A stretch of 32,000 nt of DNA from Thermofilum adornatum (lineage in GTDB: Archaea; Thermoproteota; Thermoprotei; Thermofilales; Thermofilaceae), in the NCBI RefSeq assembly GCF_000446015.1, contig NC_022093.1, positions 1,620,001 through 1,652,000 of the forward strand, read 5' to 3'. Within the stretch, counting starts at the first letter, position 1, and the number at the start of each line of letters is the position of its first letter. Under the pieces are notes generated by a model, which had not been told where the DNA came from, ran no database searches, and saw nothing but the letters and a program-made list of their open reading frames with translations. Position numbers and translations under genes: made by a program. Positions 16,913 through 26,400 of this stretch are shown piece after piece.

Positions 16913-18133
16913 CTAGACCAATGAAAATGCCCTAGAGCCAAGAAGCTCGAGATACTCCATCATTGCTTTGTCCAGCCTCTCCCAATCCATCACCATGAAA
17001 GGTGGGCTCTCTGGTTCACCGTACTCGTTGAAGCCGGAGATACTACCAGTAGACGAGCTAATTTCTTGTATAAGGTCTCGTAGACGCTCGAGAACTTCAT
17101 CGTATGAGAGGCCGAGCTCTTTGTTCTCGTCTAGAATAACCTCTAAGGCCTTTAGGATTTCGCCCTTTGTGTAATGCTTTGAGCCTAGATAAAGCAAAAA
17201 GAGGGAGACAAATTCTGTTACGAACTCTTTAAGCTTTTCTTGGCCGATCCCAACATTGGATTCCTTGACTACATCCATAAATTCGCTTGTAACATACCAC
17301 TTCTCCCAGTCTGTATATACGTTTCTTTTGCTATAAGATGGAATAAGAAGTACTAGGCGTCTCTCATATAGTGGCGAAAAGAACTCGTTGACAACATTTG
17401 TAACAGTCTGTGTCTGCGCGGTAGCCTGAAATGCTACCCTAACCATGTCTAGAGGTTGCATCCCATATATGTCCTTAACCTTACCCCACAGCTCCTCCGC
17501 GGTATGATACGTCCTTCTCTTCTGGGGCGGCTCAGGAGCCTTACCAATTTTAGCATCAATGATCGAAGTTGTTTCAAATCCTAGAACCCGGTCAATGCTC
17601 TCTATAGGCTTACTATTAAAATAAATTCTTCCAAGACTCTCATCATAAATAGCCCCATAGTAAAGTATCGGCGCCAATCTTTTGTATCTCTGCAAGTGAT
17701 CTTTAACAAAGTCGAGGCTTTTTTCGAGTTTACTCATATAAGCTTCCTGGGCAACTGCTACACCTTTCTCTGTTAAGGCTAAGAAATACCAATTGGCTTC
17801 AGGCATATAAACGGTAAAAGCACTACTTGTATCAACGAAGCCGCTCTGTAACAAGATCTTCTCAATTATATCGCTGTAAGGCCAATACTTCGTTCTAATC
17901 GGAGAATAGTAAATGCCACCAGATCCCTTTGGTATAATCTTATAGGGTATTCGGACTCCTATATACAAATCTGATAAAGCCTGCAAGACCTCTTGTATGA
18001 CTTCTTCAGAAAAACCCATCGACTCAAGCTCGGAAACAAAGTTCTCTAAACTCATCGCAAAATTATACAAGAATAGCAATATTAATTTTTCCTCTCGAAG
18101 CCGTGCTAAAAATGCTTCTCGTTCATTGGCCAA
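16913..18133 (-). CDS. Hypothetical protein (406 aa), second gene of a two-gene operon
   Basis: Long ORF overlapping the upstream gene by 11 nt. No Walker or nuclease motif seen by eye. Confidence 0.5.
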   Translation of the reverse strand: MANEREAFLARLREEKLILLFLYNFAMSLENFVSELESMGFSEEVIQEVLQALSDLYIGVRIPYKIIPKGSGGIYYSPIRTKYWPYSDIIEKILLQSGFVDTSSAFTVYMPEANWYFLALTEKGVAVAQEAYMSKLEKSLDFVKDHLQRYKRLAPILYYGAIYDESLGRIYFNSKPIESIDRVLGFETTSIIDAKIGKAPEPPQKRRTYHTAEELWGKVKDIYGMQPLDMVRVAFQATAQTQTVTNVVNEFFSPLYERRLVLLIPSYSKRNVYTDWEKWYVTSEFMDVVKESNVGIGQEKLKEFVTEFVSLFLLYLGSKHYTKGEILKALEVILDENKELGLSYDEVLERLRDLIQEISSSTGSISGFNEYGEPESPPFMVMDWERLDKAMMEYLELLGSRAFSLV

Positions 18134-18923
18134 GAACCTCCATTATTTTAGTGAAAAACTCTTCGCTGTTATTAGCAGTTATCCGGATTTTCCCATCTAT
18201 GCTTACAAGTTCTACTTTTTCGCCCCTCTCGAGAAGACTCAATGCTTTCCTTGCCGCAGAGGCTGGAGGTAAGAGTTTCCCGTTCACATAAAAGAGGCAC
18301 TTTATCCCATACCTTCTACAGACCTCCGAGAGTAGCCCTGCAATTGTTCCCGAACCAATCTCCGGAGTCTGCTTAGACTTGTTTTCTTCCACAATGTAGT
18401 CTACACAGCGCTCCAGCACAGCGCCATGCTCGTCTAATAAGCGCCGCATATAGCCCACAAGCACCTTTATCTCCTCTAGACCCTCGCCAAAGAAATACCT
18501 ATAGCTCTGAGTCCTAAGCTTCGCATCGATCCACTCGACACAGTTCTCAAGAGCCTTCCTCGCCTTCCCCTCGAAAACCAACGTCCCCAGGCTCTTCATC
18601 CTCCGGTCCACGCAGTCAAGCAAGAAGTGCAGAGCTGCGGCCCTCAAATAATCCTCGCCGAGTCTCCCCCCAGCGCCAAGGCACTCAAATAGCCTCCTAA
18701 CTCCAAGCTCCAGAGCAACCTCCAAGTTAAGCTCCTCGCTCAGCTTCTCAGTATAAATCTCCAAGCCGATGTCATGCTTGCCACACTTGCCAGTATCGAT
18801 CAAAACATCTACGTATCTCACAACATCTATGGGCAGGCCAATCATGCTCCCGCATTTCTGATGAACCTTATGGGAAGGCATCAATACGTACCCCTTAAAG
18901 GAGATGGTATTAATAGTTTTCAA
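18123..18923 (-). CDS. Hypothetical protein (266 aa) with an N-terminal H-x3-H ... HD motif (possible HD-type metal-dependent hydrolase)
   Basis: MPSHKVHQKCGSMIGLPIDVVRYVDVLIDTGKCGKHDIG has the His ... His-Asp spacing seen in HD-superfamily phosphohydrolases and nucleases. Motif level only. Confidence 0.45.
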   Translation of the reverse strand: MKTINTISFKGYVLMPSHKVHQKCGSMIGLPIDVVRYVDVLIDTGKCGKHDIGLEIYTEKLSEELNLEVALELGVRRLFECLGAGGRLGEDYLRAAALHFLLDCVDRRMKSLGTLVFEGKARKALENCVEWIDAKLRTQSYRYFFGEGLEEIKVLVGYMRRLLDEHGAVLERCVDYIVEENKSKQTPEIGSGTIAGLLSEVCRRYGIKCLFYVNGKLLPPASAARKALSLLERGEKVELVSIDGKIRITANNSEEFFTKIMEVLGQ

Positions 18924-19043
18924 GTTTCAACGTATCACTAATAGATTAAGTTTACTGTGTTGCCTATGAAAAAAGAATGCATCATAAATCCAGTAATATA
19001 TTTTTCAAAGCAATAAATAAAAAGGACTAGGGAGAGAGAAAAC

Positions 19044-19349
19044 ATGTTTCGCTTATTTAAAAACGAGCGCGTGCCAACAGAATTACAACGAAGCGTTGGA
19101 AAACTTCACATGCCTAGAGAGCAACTACAAGCAACTGAAACCAATGACAATCAACTGAGGGGTAACTACGAGGAGCTCCAAACCAATTACTCTGACCTGC
19201 AGAGCTCCTACTAGTGGCTTGAGAGCAAGCTTACCGCGTGGCGAGCAACGGGTTTAATAGCGATCATGATCATCGCGGCAATAATAGCCGGGGAGGGTTT
19301 GATGAGAACATTAGCAGCCAAGAAAAAAGCGGGATCGCAAAGGGGGTGA
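19044..19349 (+). pseudogene. Small coiled-coil, C-terminally membrane-anchored protein interrupted by an in-frame TAG (19212-19214)
   Basis: Hand translation gives ...NQLRGNYEELQTNYSDLQSSY*WLESKLTAWRATGLIAIMIIAAIIAGEGLMRTLAAKKKAGSQRG. That is heptad-like LQxNY repeats, then a stop, then a TM helix and a basic tail in the same frame. A further LESNYKQLK segment lies in another frame upstream. Confidence 0.3.
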
Positions 19350-19402
19350 ACGTTGAATAGACGGCTAAACGTTAATATACCGAAGAAGTCTTTATTTAGC
19401 AT

Positions 19403-21430
19403 GTGAAGCTACATTGGCTAGTTGCACTGGCGACGATCGTTCTCGCTTCCAGCTTTTTGGTTCAAGCCCAGCCGGTTGTTTGGAGGGTTTTTAGTGATCC
19501 TTCGCCCAGCATTGATAAGGCTTTGTGCACTTGTCTTTCCGGTGACAACGTCTATGTAATTGGTGTTGAAAACGGTTCGACTGGTAGGATTGAAGTTAGA
19601 GACAAAAATACTGGAAATCTAATTAAAGTTTGGAGGGGTAAAGGAGAGTTTTACACTTGCACCGTTACTGGTGGTACGCTTTACGTTGGCGGAGGCAACG
19701 TGCTAGCAACTTTCAGCCTTGAATTGTACGAGAAAGGGCGGGTTAAGCTGGACTACGCTGTCATGCAGGTGGCGACGGACGGCGAGTACCTCTACATAGC
19801 TGGGTGGAAGCGTTTACGGGGAAACGATACCGCTTGGGTTATCGAGAAGAGGGATCCCGCCCTGAAGCTAGTGAAAAGGTACCTCTACAACCCCTCAATC
19901 GGGGACGAGTGGGCTTGGGGTGTGGGTGTGAACCCTGCTACGGGGGAGCTTTGGGTTGTCGGGGAGCTCTATAATGCGTCGTCGAAACGGCTTGCAACTC
20001 GTGAGGGGCGCGCGCTGATCCTAAACCGCGAGCTTGAGCTCCAAAGGGAGCTAAAAATAGGTGGTGAGGCAGCGTTAGCCGTAGCGTTCGACGAAAATGG
20101 TTCAGCGTACATTCTAACTGCCGGTGACATATTGAAACTGAGCAAAGCTGGAGAGGTGCAGGTAGCCAGCAGCGAAGGACTTCGCCCAGGCTGGCTTCTG
20201 CAACCTGAGCGCTTTTTCAACTATATCCTCTTCAGGAATCTCGCAGAGGTTTCTTACTCTTTCTTCAATGATGATGACCTATACAATTTTACTAACCGTG
20301 CAGATTTCCCCCTTGGATGCGGGATAACGCTTCAAGGGTACTTTTACCTCTTCAGCGGGGAGCTCGTTGATAACCGTTCTAACCATGCATTATATGTTTA
20401 TGATGAAAATCTTAAAAACATATTCAGTTTCACGTTGGGAGGGGAAGCCGAAAGAGATTACGAGTTCCCTACCGGCCTAGCGGTGACCGACGGTCTCAAC
20501 TTGTACGTTGCCGGCAGCGATTGCGCTAAGCAAGGGAGAGAGGGGGCCAAGTACGATTGCCGGTGGGTGGTTTACGCGTTGCGCCCAGCTTTCCCTGTAA
20601 ACGTGACGTCAAACGCGCCTACGCAGCTGGCTGGAGCTGGATGGTACTCGCCTAGGGAGACTGTTAGGATTACCGCACCTCTAACGGTCGAAGAGCTTCC
20701 CGGTGTTCGCTACGTGTTTAGAATGTGGAAGGTCGAAAAGCCTACTGGGAGCGCATCACAGGCGAACCCCTCGCTCGAGCTTATCGTCGATGCGCCAGTC
20801 AACTTAACAGCTGTGTACACGAGGCAGTATATGGTCGAGGTTGTATCGCCTAACATGCTCTTGCGCAACCTGGTGCGCGGGGAGGGCTGGTACGATGAAA
20901 GCACAATGGCTACGCTGAGCATCAGGAATGCCGAAGTGTACTTCTCCGGTAACGTGACGCAAGGATACTGCACCTGGGGCTGCAGCAGAGCTTCGTTCGA
21001 AGGTTGGTACAAGGACGGCAAACTGTTTTCGAACAACCCATCAATCGTCATTCTACCCGTGAACGAGTCGGTGAAGCTGGAGGCGAGGTGGAGGATTCAG
21101 CACTACGTTGGGGTGATTACAGACCGCGGCTCAGCGGAGGGGGAAGGTTGGTACGACGATGGGAGCTACGCTACGGTGAAGCTTACCGCGACTGACGTTG
21201 ATGCAGGGCTCGTGACGTACCGCTTCGAAAGGTGGGAGGGCTTAGAGGCAGGAGACGTGGTTGTGGAGCGCGGCACCGTGAGGGTGCTTGTAAACCGGCC
21301 TAGGAGCCTGGTTGCCGTTTGGAGGGAGGACTACACGCGCGCCTACCTGTTGCTCGGGCTACTGTTAGCCGTTGTAGCAGTAGCCGTATTTGCAGTGAAA
21401 GCTAGAAAGCGCGCTCCAAGTGCTCGATAA
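19403..21430 (+). CDS. Secreted, C-terminally membrane-anchored surface protein with repeated GxGWY (divergent InlB B-repeat-like) domains
   Basis: N-terminal signal-like MKLHWLVALATIVLASSFLVQAQ. Many N-x-S/T sequons. Three repeats (AGAGWYSPRETVRITAP, GEGWYDESTMATLSI, GEGWYDDGSYATVKLTA, each followed by Y.F..W). C-terminal TM segment LLLGLLLAVVAVAVFAV plus KARKR tail. GTG start. Confidence 0.7.
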   Translation: MKLHWLVALATIVLASSFLVQAQPVVWRVFSDPSPSIDKALCTCLSGDNVYVIGVENGSTGRIEVRDKNTGNLIKVWRGKGEFYTCTVTGGTLYVGGGNVLATFSLELYEKGRVKLDYAVMQVATDGEYLYIAGWKRLRGNDTAWVIEKRDPALKLVKRYLYNPSIGDEWAWGVGVNPATGELWVVGELYNASSKRLATREGRALILNRELELQRELKIGGEAALAVAFDENGSAYILTAGDILKLSKAGEVQVASSEGLRPGWLLQPERFFNYILFRNLAEVSYSFFNDDDLYNFTNRADFPLGCGITLQGYFYLFSGELVDNRSNHALYVYDENLKNIFSFTLGGEAERDYEFPTGLAVTDGLNLYVAGSDCAKQGREGAKYDCRWVVYALRPAFPVNVTSNAPTQLAGAGWYSPRETVRITAPLTVEELPGVRYVFRMWKVEKPTGSASQANPSLELIVDAPVNLTAVYTRQYMVEVVSPNMLLRNLVRGEGWYDESTMATLSIRNAEVYFSGNVTQGYCTWGCSRASFEGWYKDGKLFSNNPSIVILPVNESVKLEARWRIQHYVGVITDRGSAEGEGWYDDGSYATVKLTATDVDAGLVTYRFERWEGLEAGDVVVERGTVRVLVNRPRSLVAVWREDYTRAYLLLGLLLAVVAVAVFAVKARKRAPSAR

Positions 21431-22124
21431 CTTACCTCGTTAAGCTGAGTTGGGAGTTGAGCGTAGTGCGCTTTCGCAGTTTCACTCTGGCCCCCTCCCG
21501 CCGGCTTAGTCGAAAAATTCAGCCGCAGAAGCGCGGAGCTGGGGGTAGGAAGTCAAGTTCTTCATCCTAGACATTTATAGCAAGACGCTACGTGTGCTTG
21601 ACGACGTAGCGAGCGAGCTGAGAATCTCCTCGCTAGTAAAAGGGATTACGGGGTGGTAGGCGGGGAACCTATTACGCGAGCTGAATGCAGGTGAAAGTGC
21701 GACCTTCGCTAAAAGAAGTGGGAAAGGTGTTGGGGGGTGGAGCGGGATTACTAGCAGCTGAAGTGTTATTACTCAGGTCTCGAGCTTGACTAGACGTTGT
21801 TGAAGAACGAATATATACTCCCAATGGGCGCGTAGATTGCTTAGCATCTCCTAAAAATTAATTCTTTCTCGTACACGTTGCTGAGGCGGAGCTCTACATT
21901 CTTCCTGAGAAGCCACAGGTTGCTAGCGTAGTGATGATAGCGTACTATATTCTCTGAAGAAATCGAAGAGCACTCAGAAAGGAGCCTGCTAGATTAGGGA
22001 AAACAGATTCTAAGAAACTTTTGGGCGTGCGCCAAGCTAACGAGCACGCCGAGAACCAGTTCGCCACAATAACTGACATCTAGCATCATGTCATAATCTT
22101 CAGATAGCGCGCTAACAGCAAAGC

Positions 22125-22607
22125 TTAGGCTATCGTTGCGCCTTTCTCTAGTCTGTTAATCAAATCATAGATTCTCCAATAGGAGTTCCTCACCTGTTCA
22201 ACAATAGTAGCTGCTAGCTTCTCAGCGAATGTGAATTCGAATACTTCCTTAGAACCCGCTAACCCATTCACGCCATACTCCAGATACTCTCTGATCGAAG
22301 TTAAGAGCCGCAAGAGCACAGCGGATCTAGCTAACTCCACTCTTATCGACTTAACTTCGTATTCCTTCAAGTCCTGCGGGCATTGCTTCAGCTTCTCATA
22401 AGCTTCGGGGATTTTATCACTGACATCGTGTGGTATCCTCCCCTCCCTAGTCTTATAGCTTATGCCCAGCTTGTCGAGAAGAGCCTTAATCGAGAGCTCC
22501 ATGCACATTTGGGCTTCGAGCATTGCACCGGAGTAATCATGCTCTTTGAGATGGTTCTCTGCTGCGTAAAGCCTCGCTCGGGCATCCTCTATTCTGCCAA
22601 CAGCCAT
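22125..22607 (-). CDS. HEPN-domain protein, orphan (no MNT partner)
   Basis: The N-terminal helix pair ARARLYAAENHLKEHDYSGAMLEAQMCMELSIKALLDKLGISY...GRIPHDVSD matches the HEPN layout seen in the 7918 gene (LALKAYLL...THSIKDL). 160 aa. Confidence 0.65.
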   Translation of the reverse strand: MAVGRIEDARARLYAAENHLKEHDYSGAMLEAQMCMELSIKALLDKLGISYKTREGRIPHDVSDKIPEAYEKLKQCPQDLKEYEVKSIRVELARSAVLLRLLTSIREYLEYGVNGLAGSKEVFEFTFAEKLAATIVEQVRNSYWRIYDLINRLEKGATIA

Positions 22608-22647
22608 AAGCGGTCATCCTAGAGTTTGCAAATTTGCTCCAATAAAC

Positions 22648-23007
22648 CTAGCGCGCTATCTCTCTAAATGTTTCTGGGTCCAGCTTGTTTATTGCGAAGC
22701 CTACCAGCATCTTGGCTGGCTTCTTTTTTGGCTCCCCAAAGACCTTTTCGACCCTTATTTTGAGCCTTAGGGGCCAGATGGGCTCGCCTCTCTCCTTTTC
22801 CTTGGGCCAGAGAGGCTCCCTGCTCTCGAACTTGCCCTCCACGGTCCCATAGCCAAGGACGCCTGTCTTGACGGCGTAGAAGACGACCTTGTCGCCCGGC
22901 TGTACCTTGCCCCAGAGCGGCCTAGCCCTCTCCCTGACGCCCCAGACGCCCCTCTCGATTCCAATCATCCAGTTGTCAAGCGTACCGACAAGAGTCCAGT
23001 AATTCAT
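22648..23007 (-). CDS. EVE / PUA-like domain protein (UPF0310-type)
   Basis: MNYWTLVGTLDNWMIGIERGVWGVRERARPLWGKVQPGDKVVFYAV...GYGTVEG...PIWPLRLKI follows the YW...NW...VWGV...V.PGDK.V.Y pattern of small archaeal EVE/UPF0310 proteins. It lies 40 nt upstream of the HEPN gene on the same strand. Confidence 0.7.
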   Translation of the reverse strand: MNYWTLVGTLDNWMIGIERGVWGVRERARPLWGKVQPGDKVVFYAVKTGVLGYGTVEGKFESREPLWPKEKERGEPIWPLRLKIRVEKVFGEPKKKPAKMLVGFAINKLDPETFREIAR

Positions 23008-23096
23008 ACAACTTCAAAGTTTTCACGTTGGACATCTATTTATTTTTATTTTTTAGAACTTTTTCAAAACATTTTTTCTTAATAAAAAAGGAAAAA

Positions 23097-23339
23097 TTAG
23101 CTTATTTCTTCCCGATATAAGAAGAGAATCGTCTTTTTCTTGTGTGACTTTTCAGAAAGATAAATTTCTTTAACTTCAAGAAGACACTCCTTGAGTTGTT
23201 CCAAATCAAAAATGCTCTCAATATCGTCTAAAGAAGTTCCGTCCAATTTCACTTCATCTACAGTAAATGATGAACCATTATCTATTACTACAGAATATAC
23301 ATCCTTCTCCCTGCGGATCCTTACCTTGAAGCCCATCAA
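23097..23339 (-). CDS. Hypothetical small acidic protein (80 aa), very AT-rich
   Basis: ORF only. It is divergent from the methyltransferase operon and no motif was recognised. Confidence 0.35.
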   Translation of the reverse strand: MMGFKVRIRREKDVYSVVIDNGSSFTVDEVKLDGTSLDDIESIFDLEQLKECLLEVKEIYLSEKSHKKKTILFLYREEIS

Positions 23340-23444
23340 GATTCAGATTATCTTTATGGATAGTTTTTAATGTTATTCTTACTTCTATAATTTCTACTTT
23401 AAAAAGATAATGAAAAAAGATTTATTCATATACCGCTCTATATT

Positions 23445-26400
23445 GTGATGTCTTCATTCCTCGAATCCCCCAAATTCCCCGTAGACATTGTAAACCAGGC
23501 CGCAGAAAAAGAGAAAAAGGGCGGAGGACGCCCAGAACACTGGGAAATGGTCTTCTGGTGGACGAGAAAACCCCTAGCAAGCGCCCGCGCAGTGCTCGCG
23601 GCGGCCGCACTCCCCCCAGACATAGATGTACACACTTTTGTCACGCAGGTCCTCAAGGCAAAAGTAAACCTTAAGGGGCAAGTCGAAAACGTCCCGCACA
23701 GGGAGAACCCGTCGCCGCCACCCGAGTGGAGGGAGCGCTTCGCCAAGATGAAAGTGCTAGACCCCTTCGCGGGCTTCGGCTCTATACCACTAGAGGCGAT
23801 GAGGCTCGGCTTCGGCGAAGTAGTTGCGGTAGAACTGCTCCCGACAACTTATGTTTTCCTTAAGGCTGTACTCGAGTATCCAAAGTGGGCCGCAGAGAGA
23901 GGCCTAGGAGAACAGCTAGTCAGAGACGTTGAGAAGTGGGGAAAATGGATAACAGAACAGCTCGCCGGCGACCCAGACATCAAGGAGCTATACGACCCCG
24001 ACGTTGCTGTCTACATAGGCACATGGGAAGTAAAGTGCCCCCACTGCGGCAAATACACGCCCCTCATAGGCAACTGGTGGCTAGCAAGAGTATCCAAGGG
24101 CTCATCAGAGGAGACAGAGGAGGGAGAAGAGGAGGGAGCCAAAAAGAAGATCTTTAGCAGGCTTGCATGGATGGACTGGGAAAACGGGGCAATAAAGATA
24201 GTAGACCTCAACAAGGAGCTAAAAACAAGCGAGATCGAGGCCAAGGTCAACAGCAAGCAGGGCTACGTCGAGGTCAACGGCACCAAGAGGACGGTCAGGA
24301 AGCCAAATATATACGCGAGACGCGAAACAGGTACATGCCTCCACTGCGGAAACCAGATTAGATACATCTCACTGAAAACCGGGAAACACAGCATCGAGAA
24401 GCCAAAAGGCGAAGAAACAGAGTGGTACGTCAAGCACGCGATCAGAGAGTGGAACCGGCTGCTCGAGGAGTACCTAAGCGGGAGAATCGAGCTCGAGAAG
24501 CTCATCGAAAGCCCCGCCAGGCCAACCCTCCTCGTAAAAGTGAAGGTGAGAGAGGGAGACCTCGAGTTCGAGCCTGCGACCAAGCAGGACACGGAGAAGC
24601 TGTGGAAAGCCCTAGAGAAACTAAGGAGGATGTGGGGTGACCCAGATATACCGATAGAATTATTCGCGCCTTACCAAATGGGAACTGCCGGGGCTTTCCG
24701 AATAACACTTTGGGGTTTCGATAAATGGTTCAAACTTTTCAACCCGCGCCAGCTCTTGACCCTCGTCAAGCTGGTTAAGCTGATCAGGGAGGCTGGCAAA
24801 AAGATTGAAGAGGAGAAGCTGAGAGAGGGGTGGAGTGAGGAGGACGCGTTCAAGTACGCGGAAGTGGTAACGGTATATCTATCGATAGCTCTAGCAAGGT
24901 GTGCTAGCTATAACAGCGCTGTGACAGTTGTTGACTCGGCAAACCCCTGGGGGGTGAAAATAGCACATAGCTTGGCAATGCGTGGGATAGCTATGCAATG
25001 GAATTTTGGTGAAACGAATTTATTCGCTAAAAGTTTACCATTTTTCCAGGTACAAGGCTCATGGATAAAAAACATAGATAAGATAACCAATGGTTTAACC
25101 TATATTATTTCATCAATTTCGATCAAACTTAATAAGGTATTTGTTTCCATAGATGATTCTGCAATACTAAGCAGTCTCGGGAATGAAAAATTTGATGCTA
25201 TAGTTACTGACCCACCTTACAGGGACGATGTGCCTTACGTAGAGCTTAGTGACTTCTATTATGTATGGCTTAAGCGGGCTCTCAGCGACATTAGCGAGGG
25301 AAGACTTGTGCCACGATTCATGGGCGAAGCTTTTTTCAAGCGTGTTGGCGTTGCCTACAGGGAGATCAGGACTCAGTGGGAGGAATTTGCGACTAGGGAG
25401 GTTGGGCTTAACGTCGGAAGACTGAAATATTTTAAGGACAGTGAAGCTTCCGAGGATGAGGCACGTAGTTATTTTATTGATCTTTTGAGTAAGTCCTTTT
25501 TGTCGATCAGGCGTGTCCTAAAGGATGATGGCATATTGGTTACCTATTATGCTCATACGGATCCTGAGGCTTGGGAGGAGCTGATATCTGCTGGGTGGAG
25601 GGCTGGCTTCCGTGTAACTACAGCTTTTCCTGTATCAACGGAGTCTGCTCAGCGTGTGACTGCGAGGGGGAAGGCGGCTCTTGACACGTCGATTGTGGTT
25701 GTTTGGAGGCCTGGCGTTAAGGGTGAGGCTTTGTGGGACGAGGTTTATAGGGATGCTTTGGTGGCCGCTGAGGAGAGAGCTCTCGAGTTGCTTAGGGCTG
25801 GTCGTTCGGGAGTGGACTTGTTTGTTGGTACGCTGGCTGCCACGCTTTCTGCTGTGACTTCTCGTGAGAGGATTGTTGGCGTCAATGATGTTGGTGGGTT
25901 TGTTAGGGAGCGGGCTTACCCTGCGGCTGCTAGGGGGCTGGCTAGGGCTGTTTCGAGGTTTGTTGGCAGCGGGGAGGCTGGAGAGGAGGTTAGGGATGCT
26001 GGGGCGCTTTTCTATATGCTTGCCAAGGTGTTGGTGCCTTGGAGTGGTAGGGCTAGGGGGAGGGTGATGGATAGGAGCACAGTTCACATTATTGGCTTTG
26101 GGACGGGACTCGACGACAAGAAGCTGACAAGTATGAGGATTGTGGAGAAGGTTGACAGCGAGTTTCGACTTTTGGAACCTCGTGGCGAAGAGAGAGATGA
26201 TCTTGTAGAGCTTCTCCGTGCTAGGGGCCTTGACCCGTCAAGGCCGGTGTTGAGGAGTGCTGTTGATGCCTTGCATTTGTTGGAGTATTATGCCGCTACT
26301 CTTGACGTCAAAAGCTTTAGGGAGCAGTACGAGAAGCTCCGCTCTGTTAATGCTGTGCTCGTAGATGAGGCTTTGAGGCTTGCGAGGGTATTTTCTGGCC

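Noticed and set aside
18924-19402. Replication origin at the strand-composition switch
   Set aside because: I could find no ORB or mini-ORB-type repeats, no long AT-rich unwinding element flanked by repeats, and no orc1/cdc6 gene in the window. The composition also reverts inside the methyltransferase gene, which an origin would not explain.
19211-19402. 63-aa minus-strand ORF immediately upstream of the surface-protein gene
   Set aside because: It is the mirror image of the plus-strand frame, which encodes a convincing TM helix plus basic tail. It has no promoter context of its own and its end abuts the 19403 start.
21905-21957. CTGA ... TGATGA ... CTGA arrangement resembling half of a C/D-box sRNA
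   Set aside because: The spacing between TGATGA and CTGA is 16 nt rather than about 12, and no upstream C box is present.
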